A stretch of DNA of 26,669 nt from a virus (taxonomy: Duplodnaviria; Caudoviricetes). The notes beneath the pieces are model-generated. The model had not been told where the DNA came from. It made no database searches and saw only the letters and a program-made list of their open reading frames with translations. Shown in pieces: positions 1 to 8,507 of the stretch. The translations under genes and the position numbers were made by a program. The stretch lies in the IMG/VR virus record IMGVR_UViG_3300007231_000037, positions 1 through 26,669 of that record; one strand, given 5' to 3'. Numbering within the stretch: the stretch's first letter is position 1; the number at the start of each line of letters is the position of its first letter.

Positions 1-1
1 C

Positions 2-1633
2 AAAACAAATTGCGATACTATATCGATTGTGATTATTGAAGAGACCAGCGGAAGCGTGTTCACCCTCTAGGTTGACAGGGCGTCCTCTCTGAATAGATCC
101 ATCTCTTCTAATGATGTAGTGATAACCAATGCCGTCCAACCCTTCTTCTAGGTGGATGTTATTGATCTCTTCACTACCGATGTTCTTGTTGGTCGGGGTT
201 TCTGTCCAGTGACAAACTACCTCAGTAACCTCTCTCCGGATGTTACGGAGTTCTGCCTGTAGTTCTTCTACCGAAGAAACGTATGGGAAGACTGGTTCAC
301 CTTTTCCTTTAGTCCACGACTTCGCATAGGAACCGATTATGTAAGGTGTATCGAAGACTTGAGTGGATACCGTACTGCGAGTCGCAGAGGTTATGGTGGT
401 GTCGATCGTCTTTAGGAACGTTCGGATATCTTGTGCATCTTTGCCGGTGGACTTATATAATAGATCAATACATAGAGATACGTCCTGTGAGTTACCCTGA
501 GATAACTTTATTATTCTGGAGTACTCACTCTTTGGCAACTTTGGCGCAAATGCTTTTAAACGTTTGTTTATATCTGTTAGAGTTTTAATAGACAGTGAGC
601 TTATTATACCAGTTTCGCCGTCATTGGCAAGCTTTGATTTCACCAAACTGTTCTTTTGATCTGCGAGTGCTAGGTATCGGTTACGCAGATTCTGTTGATT
701 CTGTGACGACTCAATGACTTCTTTACCCGTGGCAGTTTTACTTCCCGATAATGTTTTGAAATCATTCTCTCCACCAACCAGATTCTGTTTGATCTCTTGT
801 GCCTTGGTAATGACATTTGAAAGGGATGCAAGCGGATCTGTCTTCACATTCTTGATTGCAAGAGAGAACTCGCTATCACCGGTAGGCATAGACGAGGTAA
901 AACTACTCGATGTGAACTCACCGAATGTAGGAGATGTTGAATCGTTGTCCATGGCAGAGGGTAAGATCATAGTGCGGTTTACATCAGTAACACTACCCAC
1001 CAAGGTTGTCAGTTCGTCTGTTACACTTGAGATCGCATCTGTTGCAAGTGAATTGATTGAGGTAGAGGTGAATCCACCAATCTTACCTGTTAGATCTGTA
1101 CCTGCCTGTAACAAACCAGCGGGAGATGCATCCATCACCTTCTTAGTCAGATCACCTGCAAGATCACTAGGATCAGGTAAACCTTTCCCCAAACCGGTAA
1201 TTGCTTGTAGGATTGCTGCAACTGTACCCGAAATACCCCCTGTAACGTCCAGAGAAGACGTATCAGGGAGGGTTAGTCCATTAGAGTCAGTGGTAAAGGA
1301 TATTTCAACCTTCGCGGCAAATGCACCAGAGATCTTACTCTTTACTGAGTTTACTGCATCAGTCTTGAGGTTCTCGATACTCGCTGACCCCGCATCCAAT
1401 AGACCTTCGGTAGTAACACCCTTGAGTTTAGCAGACGCATCCTGAAACTTGTCGACCTTTGAGGTCAGTGACTTGACTCCACCATTAACCTCATTGACAA
1501 TCGCACCTGCTTGAGAAACCTTTGCGTTGATCTGTGCATTGGTTGCAGTCTGTGCTGACTTGGTTAAGGAGGTTCTATCAAAGGAGGATGAACTTCTCTG
1601 TACCAGATCCTTTAGTTTTGATTTATCGGTCAT
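2..1633 (-). CDS. Large (>=544 aa, truncated at left edge) probable virion protein with C-terminal N-acetylmuramoyl-L-alanine amidase (Amidase_2/T7-lysozyme/PGRP-like) domain
   Basis: Not in the ORF track. Read manually: ATG at 1633 overlaps the gp5 stop (ATGA) and I found no in-frame stop to the window edge. It begins MTDKSKLKDLVQRSSSSF, has a long Ser/Thr/Gly/Ala-rich region, then EVVCHWTETPTNKNIGSEEINNIHLEEGLDGIGYHYIIRRDGSIQRGRPVNLEGEHA...NRYSIAICF, a typical amidase_2 signature. Confidence 0.85.
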   Translation of the reverse strand, partial: MTDKSKLKDLVQRSSSSFDRTSLTKSAQTATNAQINAKVSQAGAIVNEVNGGVKSLTSKVDKFQDASAKLKGVTTEGLLDAGSASIENLKTDAVNSVKSKISGAFAAKVEISFTTDSNGLTLPDTSSLDVTGGISGTVAAILQAITGLGKGLPDPSDLAGDLTKKVMDASPAGLLQAGTDLTGKIGGFTSTSINSLATDAISSVTDELTTLVGSVTDVNRTMILPSAMDNDSTSPTFGEFTSSSFTSSMPTGDSEFSLAIKNVKTDPLASLSNVITKAQEIKQNLVGGENDFKTLSGSKTATGKEVIESSQNQQNLRNRYLALADQKNSLVKSKLANDGETGIISSLSIKTLTDINKRLKAFAPKLPKSEYSRIIKLSQGNSQDVSLCIDLLYKSTGKDAQDIRTFLKTIDTTITSATRSTVSTQVFDTPYIIGSYAKSWTKGKGEPVFPYVSSVEELQAELRNIRREVTEVVCHWTETPTNKNIGSEEINNIHLEEGLDGIGYHYIIRRDGSIQRGRPVNLEGEHASAGLFNNHNRYSIAICF

Positions 1634-2481
1634 TCAAATGCCTCATCGTATGCGGTCTGTGCAAGTATGTCAGTACGGTTTGTTGTGATAATATAATTCC
1701 TGTTAAAGATTCTACTGGCAGACTCGATGTCTGTAGTGTTCAACAGTTTACGATTAACTGAACTATATCTATTCCGTAACTCAAACAACACATAGGATAG
1801 TTGTATTGAAAACAATCTCCAGTCAGACGTGGGTTGGAATTGTTGTGCAAACGCAAGCAGTCCATTGAATCTACTACCAACATTGTCAGAACGTTCCCAA
1901 CCTGCAATACCTATTTTAGGATCTGTAATATTATGAAAGGTTCTGAATAGTGATACAGACTGTAACGCACCAGTGATTGCAGCGGCATGAATCAGATTGT
2001 ATCCATTATCAAGGAAGAACTTCATGGACTGTTGTCGTCTCAATTGACTAGAAGTCAATGCGACATCATCGTCTGCAAGTGGTTCCTGTACTGAGTTCTG
2101 TAGACGAGCATTGGTTTCTATTGATCCTGTCTTACCTAACTGTACGTTAGTGGGGAACTCTAGTCGAGGTAGACTACCCATCACCAGAGGTATCTGAGAG
2201 GACGCACCATCAAGGAAACAACCAAACACGAATGATCCTGCAAGGAGTTGTGGTATGCGACCAAAACCGGATACACCACCCTCGGTCGTAGGAAGTAATA
2301 CCTGTGCCCACGGCAGATCCTTCTCGGGTATCTCACCGGTACTTGGATTGTGTACACCATTGATACGTACCTTAACACGACCCTCTAGTCCACTAGGAGG
2401 ATGTGCATTGATAACGGTACCAAAGAACCACCGGTAGTCGTCACCATAATACTCTTGTTGTATTGGTCTTAGAATGTTCAT
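1630..2481 (-). CDS. gp5: Baseplate hub gp5-like protein: N-terminal OB-fold plus C-terminal phage tail lysozyme-like domain
   Basis: WFFGTV...GRVKVRINGVH...DLPWAQVLLP...VFGCFLDG.SSQIPLVMGSLP is the gp5 OB-fold pattern. The C-terminal AAAITGALQSVS/GIAGW/QLSYVLFEL pattern resembles Phage_lysozyme2. Confidence 0.85.
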   Translation of the reverse strand: MNILRPIQQEYYGDDYRWFFGTVINAHPPSGLEGRVKVRINGVHNPSTGEIPEKDLPWAQVLLPTTEGGVSGFGRIPQLLAGSFVFGCFLDGASSQIPLVMGSLPRLEFPTNVQLGKTGSIETNARLQNSVQEPLADDDVALTSSQLRRQQSMKFFLDNGYNLIHAAAITGALQSVSLFRTFHNITDPKIGIAGWERSDNVGSRFNGLLAFAQQFQPTSDWRLFSIQLSYVLFELRNRYSSVNRKLLNTTDIESASRIFNRNYIITTNRTDILAQTAYDEAFE

Positions 2482-3821
2482 AGGGTAAAGGTACTCGGTA
2501 TGTCACCCAGTTTAACTAATCGTGCACTCACACTGTGATCCTCATCTAACATATTATGGGCAGTGTTCATCAGTAGATAGTCACCTGATCTCTTGTTATC
2601 AATACTCTTGTTGACATCTTTCGAGGATGCTGAACTGTTAGGGTTCAGGAATATCAATCGTAGTCTTGCACCCGGCGATATCTTACTTTCAAAGAACAAC
2701 CCACCGTCCATCTCAATATCAATCATATTCTTTCTGAGAATCTGACGTATGATTTTGTTCTTGACTTTTAGTCGTGACTCGTATAGAGTAGTACCATCAA
2801 TCAACTGTGACTCGTCGTGGTAACTCTTGAATTGGTTATAGGTGTTAGACGAGGTCACTTGATGTATTGCAATCGCATCGTACTCATCTGAGGGTTTGCC
2901 TCCGATAACCAAGGAGGGATCGAATATGGTCTGAGTTGTTGTTGGACTGATCAACTCGTTGGTATAGAAGTCTTGAATAATCTCTCGTACGGATATGTGA
3001 GTATCAAACCTTTGACCAGTGTGTGTATCCAGACTAGAATAGAAAGAACCGATTGCACCCTCTTCGTATAGTGCGAGAGCATCTTCCGCATTAGTCTCTT
3101 CGAAGTGTGTGATTTGTTCACGATCAACGTCACCTTCTCCAGACATCATCGCATCAGTGTATCGGAGTGGCAAGTCCTCGTTGATTACGTCAGCTCGTAA
3201 CAACTCATCCAATGATTGGAATATGAGATCGTTATTATAGAGATCCGCAGAGAGGTAAATGGGAGAACCTGTACGAGTGGTCATTCGATTTTTCAACCAC
3301 ACGATAGTCTCTAGGGGACTCATATATGGGATGACGAACTTTCTTTGTCCCTGTGCACTACCCTCGAACCTTTTTGTTTTGATAACTTCTTTACCAAGAT
3401 CTCGTTGGGATATGTCAATGATTGCGTCTTCTAATGTACCTTCGTAGGATCTACTGATACACTTCATCGCATTGACATAGACGTGTTCTTCCACTAGATC
3501 AATGGACAGTACTTCTGATCGTTCGTTTGTCTTCTCGACATCGTTGATCTTAGAGAAGAAGAATGTCTTATTGATATGGGGCGCATGGGGGTTATCACCA
3601 TTCGCAACGACTATGTTGATTCTCTCGGTACCTGTCGTGGATAGTTCAGTTCGAAAACCAAAGTCGTCCAGCATGACCATACGTGCATCAACATATTCTT
3701 TGTGTAAACTTTCAAAGAAACTTAGTTCGACTATGTTCTGACGCACGTCAATGACTTTATTGTCCGAACCCGAAGATAGGATGACATCCGCATTGATGAT
3801 TGTGAATCGTGATTTAGCCAT
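2478..3821 (-). CDS. Baseplate hub/tail protein (gp27-like position)
   Basis: 447 aa, lies between gp53 and gp5 and is translationally coupled to both. N-terminal ELSFFESL...MLDD and C-terminal SGDYLL...H patterns are typical of T4-like hub proteins. Confidence 0.6.
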   Translation of the reverse strand: MAKSRFTIINADVILSSGSDNKVIDVRQNIVELSFFESLHKEYVDARMVMLDDFGFRTELSTTGTERINIVVANGDNPHAPHINKTFFFSKINDVEKTNERSEVLSIDLVEEHVYVNAMKCISRSYEGTLEDAIIDISQRDLGKEVIKTKRFEGSAQGQRKFVIPYMSPLETIVWLKNRMTTRTGSPIYLSADLYNNDLIFQSLDELLRADVINEDLPLRYTDAMMSGEGDVDREQITHFEETNAEDALALYEEGAIGSFYSSLDTHTGQRFDTHISVREIIQDFYTNELISPTTTQTIFDPSLVIGGKPSDEYDAIAIHQVTSSNTYNQFKSYHDESQLIDGTTLYESRLKVKNKIIRQILRKNMIDIEMDGGLFFESKISPGARLRLIFLNPNSSASSKDVNKSIDNKRSGDYLLMNTAHNMLDEDHSVSARLVKLGDIPSTFTL

Positions 3822-4573
3822 TAATCGTTTGCCAACTGTCTCTTCAACTCACCGACTAACTCACCTACTAGATTCTTTTTGATTACACGTATCCTTTTGG
3901 ATTTATCATTCTCATCAATCAACCACTGTAGGTTTGTTACTGGATCTACACCACCCATTGGATCGAAGAACCGATCTTTCTCTTCCCCAGAATCGTTTGC
4001 ATAATGGTGTGTACCTTCATACTCATACACGGTATCCAGCAGACTTGCCCCTAACTGTAGTGGATCTGAACTGTCTGGTAATTGATAGGATAAAGTACTA
4101 TTTCCGGTTAGGTTGGTGGTCGAAGAAACTACAATCTCAGCGAGACCTAGGTTCTTACGTACGACCGTACCCTTTTTATTTCCCACATAGACTTCAGTCC
4201 CAGTAGGATATAACCCAGAGAACAACGCAGCACTGTCCGCAGTGAGTGCCTGTAACTTACAGGTGTAGTGTTTAAAGTATTCACTCTGTGCACGTTCCAT
4301 AATCTGTGTACGGGACATAGGCCATCCAGTCTCTCGTAGACGTTCGTTCATTAGATAGAACGTCCAGTCATAGTCACTCTTCTCATAGAGACGATAGGAT
4401 AGTGTATCGGGTCGTTCTCCGTCACGTATCTCATACTCTGTATATGCAGAAGCATCATCACGATATGTGTCAATTAGATCGGAATAGTTGGCAAGGTTCT
4501 GAAACTGAGTTGAATTGTTTTCATTGCCGAATATGTATGCGATCTTTGGAACTTTTTCGAAATAACTTGACAT
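3821..4573 (-). CDS. gp53: Baseplate wedge protein gp53 (LysM-like)
   Basis: MSSYFEKVP start, YEIRDGERPDTLSYRLY...YDWTFYLMN...WPMS, C-terminal NDKSKRIRVIK; synteny with gp48. Confidence 0.9.
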   Translation of the reverse strand: MSSYFEKVPKIAYIFGNENNSTQFQNLANYSDLIDTYRDDASAYTEYEIRDGERPDTLSYRLYEKSDYDWTFYLMNERLRETGWPMSRTQIMERAQSEYFKHYTCKLQALTADSAALFSGLYPTGTEVYVGNKKGTVVRKNLGLAEIVVSSTTNLTGNSTLSYQLPDSSDPLQLGASLLDTVYEYEGTHHYANDSGEEKDRFFDPMGGVDPVTNLQWLIDENDKSKRIRVIKKNLVGELVGELKRQLAND

Positions 4574-5721
4574 TAGAATCCTTCCTTGCTAACTTTGCCT
4601 TTGTGCATTGCGGCAATCTCGCGGAAACTCAAGTTGACTTGAACTTCAACAAACTCTCTTCCTTCAAACATACCACTAGATGTTCCGTTGAATGTAGTGT
4701 CTACACTCTCCAGATAACATCTCTGTATGTTGAATCCGGGGTTGGTACCATCTCGGTTCTTGATATCAATCTGGAACACATTGGGGAACTCGTAGGCAAA
4801 GGGCGCACCTCCAGAAATCGTTATTGCTTCTGGATATACTTCTGAACGGAAGAACTTTAAGATCTCTTTGATCTCTACCTGTTCGTCTGCTTCTCGTGCA
4901 ATCATAGTAAACGAGAATGCAAAGTTCCGCAGTTTGACTCGTTCGAATAACGTTCTCTCATTGGGTGCAGTGGATACACGTGTCGCACTCTGTGCAATGG
5001 CACCGGTCTGTGCTGCAATACTAGCACCACCGAGACCACCCAATGCAGCTCCACCCAATTTACCAAGTGCAGCACCGACAATACTACCTGCGGCAGGGCC
5101 CAATGCTTTACCAGCTGCATTTATTGCAAGGGACTTTGCAGCACCAGTCAACCGTCCGTCTTCAGATGATGCACTGCCTATATCTCCGGCAGCACCAAGT
5201 AGACCAACATCTACAACATTGTATGATACACCATCAGTATACTTTAGTCCACGTGAGAGGGGAAAGGTAACTGACCCGCCTGGATCCCCACCATCGACAT
5301 TCTCGTATGACTTTAACAGTGTCTTGATTACACCGGAACTGGCTTCAGCCACAACTCCATCTCTCGCCTCGGAAGCCTTCTTCTCCGCTGTTGATCTTAT
5401 CTCATTGACTTTGTTGATTGCTTCTCGACTAGACTTCGTTCTAGCATCAGTATCAACTTCTCCACTGAGGTCAAAGAAGGAATCTATCTTGAACACAGTG
5501 AAAATAATCCGACCCGGTGCGGTATCGAATCCACCATTGAGGGGATATCGTAAGTCCCGAGTTCGGTCTATTGTTTCTTGTGAGATGTCGACTGCGACTT
5601 CTCTATTGGGTGCACTATGTTGGGCCAGAACCACTTCCTCAGTCTTTGTCTGAGTTTCCTGTTTCCCCGGATCGACTGTCGATCGATTGATTGCTTTACT
5701 ACCGCGTGTGCCACGTGACAT
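4573..5721 (-). CDS. gp48: Baseplate tail-tube cap gp48
   Basis: LRYPL near N-terminus; PNERTLFERVKLRNFAFSFTM..R...E...IKEILKFFR, FPNVFQI, CYLESVD, LSFREI. Confidence 0.85.
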   Translation of the reverse strand: MSRGTRGSKAINRSTVDPGKQETQTKTEEVVLAQHSAPNREVAVDISQETIDRTRDLRYPLNGGFDTAPGRIIFTVFKIDSFFDLSGEVDTDARTKSSREAINKVNEIRSTAEKKASEARDGVVAEASSGVIKTLLKSYENVDGGDPGGSVTFPLSRGLKYTDGVSYNVVDVGLLGAAGDIGSASSEDGRLTGAAKSLAINAAGKALGPAAGSIVGAALGKLGGAALGGLGGASIAAQTGAIAQSATRVSTAPNERTLFERVKLRNFAFSFTMIAREADEQVEIKEILKFFRSEVYPEAITISGGAPFAYEFPNVFQIDIKNRDGTNPGFNIQRCYLESVDTTFNGTSSGMFEGREFVEVQVNLSFREIAAMHKGKVSKEGF

Positions 5722-5733
5722 TTTTAGTATACC

Positions 5734-5740
5734 CTAAATA
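5734..5740 (+). promoter_or_regulatory. Probable T4-type late promoter (CTAAATA) for gp4 operon
   Basis: Variant of the TATAAATA late consensus about 37 nt upstream of the gp4 ATG, in the divergent intergenic gap. Confidence 0.6.
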
Positions 5741-5761
5741 AGTTTATAACATTTGTCTGTC

Positions 5762-5769
5762 TATTTATA
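5762..5769 (-). promoter_or_regulatory. T4-type late promoter TATAAATA for gp48-gp53-hub-gp5 operon
   Basis: Plus-strand TATTTATA is a perfect TATAAATA on the minus strand, 40 nt upstream of the gp48 ATG. Confidence 0.85.
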
Positions 5770-5777
5770 GGAAAATA

Positions 5778-6263
5778 ATGGCGTATAAAGGAAAGTTTAA
5801 ACCAAAAAACACTAAGAAATACGAAGGAGATCCTACTACTATTATTTATCGTAGTCTTTGGGAACGACAATGTTTTCGTTGGTGTGATGATAATAAAGAC
5901 GTGAAGTCGTGGTCAAGTGAAGAAGTGGTGATTCCCTATCTCTATGAGGTGGATAAGAAGTATCATCGTTACTATATGGATCTCAAGATAACCTATAACA
6001 ATGGTAAGACGGTACTTGTCGAAGTTAAACCTGACGCACAAACCCGTCCTCCTACTGGTCAGAGACGTACCAAGCGGTATATCACTGAGGGATATACCTA
6101 CGTTAAGAACATGAACAAGTGGGGTGCAGCAATGGAATATGCGTTGGATCGGGGGTGGACGTTCGAGATATGGACAGAGAAGACTCTGAGTAAGATGGGG
6201 ATACTACCCAAGTCAACAAAACCACTGAAACCTCTTAAACCTTTCAAGAAAAAGACTAAATAG
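5778..6263 (+). CDS. gp4: Head completion nuclease gp4 (TnsA-like fold)
   Basis: MAYKGKFKPKNTKKYEGDP..IIYRSLWE, WSSEEVVIPY, HRYYMD, LVEVKP, NKWGAA, FEIWTE. Confidence 0.92.
   Translation: MAYKGKFKPKNTKKYEGDPTTIIYRSLWERQCFRWCDDNKDVKSWSSEEVVIPYLYEVDKKYHRYYMDLKITYNNGKTVLVEVKPDAQTRPPTGQRRTKRYITEGYTYVKNMNKWGAAMEYALDRGWTFEIWTEKTLSKMGILPKSTKPLKPLKPFKKKTK
6255..6262 (+). promoter_or_regulatory. Possible late promoter (ACTAAATA) at gp4/gp2 junction
   Basis: TAAATA core overlapping the gp4 stop. It is very close to the gp2 ATG, so function is uncertain. Confidence 0.35.
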
Positions 6264-6267
6264 AATC

Positions 6268-6849
6268 ATGGCCGGATTATTTCAAAAAGTAGAATTAGAA
6301 GCGTTTCGTGCGGGGATCACACCTCGTACGCGAGAGTCACGTGCGTGGTTCCGTAAGAAAGTACAGAACATGGGTGTCAATAGACGCAGTTTGATGCGAG
6401 AAGAACCAGTGGAACAACGTGCAAAGTATGCAGCGGGTTCTATGTTTATGTTCTTTTACGATCCCAAACATCGTGACACCCTACCGTACTACGATTCGTT
6501 TCCATTGATCATTGCAATTGGCCCCGCACCGGGTGGATTCCATGGTCTGAACTTGCACTACCTACCAATACCGTTACGTGCAAAGTTTCTGGATAGTCTA
6601 ATGGACATCACAAACAATAAAAGGTATGACGAGTCAACTAAGTTTGATATGTCATATCAGTTCTTGAAGTCTTCGTCTACCATGAAGTACTTCAAACCCT
6701 GTTTCAAACACTACCTAACCAAACAGGTAGAGGGTAAACTCGCATACATTCCACCACCAGAGTGGGAGATTGCCACATTCTTACCTGCGGCACAATGGCA
6801 GAAAGGTGGTAGAAGTCAAGCATACTCAGATGCAAGGAAAATGATCTAA
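6268..6849 (+). CDS. gp2: DNA end protector gp2
   Basis: SRAWFR, GSMFMFFYDPKHRDTLPYYDSFPL, GFHGLNLHYLP, PCFKHYL, EWEIATFLP. Confidence 0.93.
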   Translation: MAGLFQKVELEAFRAGITPRTRESRAWFRKKVQNMGVNRRSLMREEPVEQRAKYAAGSMFMFFYDPKHRDTLPYYDSFPLIIAIGPAPGGFHGLNLHYLPIPLRAKFLDSLMDITNNKRYDESTKFDMSYQFLKSSSTMKYFKPCFKHYLTKQVEGKLAYIPPPEWEIATFLPAAQWQKGGRSQAYSDARKMI

Positions 6850-7610
6850 TGAGAATACCTAACGTAGATGATTTAAAGGCAAAGATCACCGCAGGTAAAG
6901 GGTATGCAAACCCTAGTCTGTACTATGTTCAGTTACCCGCACGTAATTTGTCAGGTGAACAGAAACAATCGATCGAATACTTTGTCCGTAATGTCACGTT
7001 GCCCTCAAGAAACATGTTGACCGTAGAAAGAAATATCGGCGTGGATCAAACCAAGGTACCCTATGGATATACCAATGGGACTGTATCAATGACCTTCCGT
7101 GTACTTAATGATCAGTTGACTCGACAGTATATCGAAGACTGGCAGAACACTATGGTTCAACGATACGAAGAAAACGTAGAGGGTCATGTTGCAATTGCAT
7201 ACCCCAAGACTTACATGCGAGACATTAAGATCTCTCAGTTGGATCGAGGTATCTCCTTTGCAGGACTCAATGCGAATAAAGGTATTGGTGTTGGCCCCAT
7301 CAACGTTAACGTTTCCCTAGATGTGGATATACGCCAATCTGGACGTGAGGTATACCGATGGGTACTCAAGGACGCATATCCTATTTCCTTCACTCAGGAA
7401 CAGTTGAGTGACGACAGGAAGGGTGTTACGAGTGAAATAACCGTAGAGTTCGCATACAAGTACTTTACTGGCACAGAGGTTAACGGCAGTCGTACAAGTG
7501 GTATTGATGCAAATGTCGGAGTCTCAACAGACGCGGCACAGAAGGCAGGAAAGTTAGTAAACGATACATTTGATAAACTTGGCAAGAAGATATCAGATTT
7601 AATATTTTAA
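6849..7610 (+). CDS. Tail tube initiator / tail-tube-fold protein (gp54/gp19-like)
   Basis: GYANPSLYYV, VTLPSR, MTFRV...YIEDWQ, IKISQLD, DAYPISF...L, ITVEFAY; lies between gp2 and gp26. Confidence 0.75.
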   Translation: MRIPNVDDLKAKITAGKGYANPSLYYVQLPARNLSGEQKQSIEYFVRNVTLPSRNMLTVERNIGVDQTKVPYGYTNGTVSMTFRVLNDQLTRQYIEDWQNTMVQRYEENVEGHVAIAYPKTYMRDIKISQLDRGISFAGLNANKGIGVGPINVNVSLDVDIRQSGREVYRWVLKDAYPISFTQEQLSDDRKGVTSEITVEFAYKYFTGTEVNGSRTSGIDANVGVSTDAAQKAGKLVNDTFDKLGKKISDLIF

Positions 7611-7626
7611 TTAGTGGAGCTTTATA

Positions 7627-8313
7627 ATGGCATTACCGAAGTTAAATGAAACACCCAAGTACAGTTTGACAGTCCCATCTACCGGCAAAGAGTGTAGATA
7701 TCGACCATACTTAGTGAAAGAGGAGAAGATCCTCCTCATGGCATCTTCATCAGAAGATCCCAAACAGATAATGAATGCAGTACATGATACGGTAGGTGCA
7801 TGTGTAGAAGGTCTTGACGTACGATCACTGACCACGTTTGATCTGGAATATATCTTCATTCAGTTGAGATCCAAATCAACGGGCGAGACCAGTGACATTC
7901 TACTGAAGTGTCCTAAGTGTGAGAGTCAACAGAAGGTGACTATACCACTAAACGAGATTAAGGTATCTAACTCGACCGCAGACCCGGTCATTAAGATATC
8001 CGACGCAGTAACGGTAGTGATGAAGTATCCTAGTTATCAGGATATCCCTACTGACGCAGGAGAAGATGTAGGTTTCAATCTGATTGCAAGTAGTATCAAG
8101 AGTGTGATCAGTGGAGACGAGAAGATAGAGGTCGAAGACGAACCGTTTGAGGGTGTGATTGGGTTCCTTGAATCTATGACACAGGATCAGTTCAAGTTGA
8201 TCACACAGTTTTTCGAAGACTCACCGGTGGTAAAGTATGACTTACCTTTCGTGTGTCAGAGTTGTGGTGCAGCAGAAGATATTGAAATAAAGGGAATGCA
8301 AAGTTTTTTTTGA
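7627..8313 (+). CDS. gp26: Baseplate hub assembly chaperone gp26-like
   Basis: MALPKL..PKY.L.VPSTG...YRPYLVKEEKILL, FDLEYIFIQLRSKSTGE, two CxxC motifs (CPKC, CQSC); ends GMQSFF. Confidence 0.9.
   Translation: MALPKLNETPKYSLTVPSTGKECRYRPYLVKEEKILLMASSSEDPKQIMNAVHDTVGACVEGLDVRSLTTFDLEYIFIQLRSKSTGETSDILLKCPKCESQQKVTIPLNEIKVSNSTADPVIKISDAVTVVMKYPSYQDIPTDAGEDVGFNLIASSIKSVISGDEKIEVEDEPFEGVIGFLESMTQDQFKLITQFFEDSPVVKYDLPFVCQSCGAAEDIEIKGMQSFF
8304..8310 (+). other. Candidate -1 programmed ribosomal frameshift slippery heptamer T TTT TTT
   Basis: Run of 8 T (8304-8311) read AGT TTT TTT TGA in the gp26 frame. The -1 frame continues TTG ATA TGC CTC GCA CAT into the gp51-like ORF. Confidence 0.7.
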
Positions 8314-8507
8314 TATGCCTCGCACATGAAGAACTTTCCAATTACTTTAAAGTAAACTTCTTGTTGCAGAGGCATCATAATTATACATTGACTGAACTAG
8401 ATATGATGATACCGTGGGAGAAAGAGGTACATACCATTCTCCTGCTCCAAGCACTGGAAGAAGAGAAAGAAGCTAAAGAGAAGGCAAAACATGGCAATAA
8501 CACTTGA
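8310..8507 (+). CDS. gp51: gp51-like baseplate hub assembly segment, probably expressed as a frameshift extension of gp26
   Basis: LAHEELSNYFKVNFLLQRHHNYTLTELDMMIPWEKEVH matches the gp51 C-terminal pattern. There is only a TTG at the front and no well-spaced RBS. Confidence 0.8.
   Translation: MICLAHEELSNYFKVNFLLQRHHNYTLTELDMMIPWEKEVHTILLLQALEEEKEAKEKAKHGNNT

Noticed and set aside
714-1445. 243-aa plus-strand ORF
   Set aside because: Antisense shadow of the long minus-strand amidase-domain gene; no RBS or recognisable motif.
4868-5653. 261-aa plus-strand Pro/Ala/Ser-rich ORF
   Set aside because: Antisense to the Gly/Ala-rich part of gp48; its composition is explained by the opposite-strand codons.
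5778-6263. TnsA-like endonuclease as a transposon or homing element
   Set aside because: This is the core T4 gp4 head-completion gene in its normal context; no inverted repeats or transposase.
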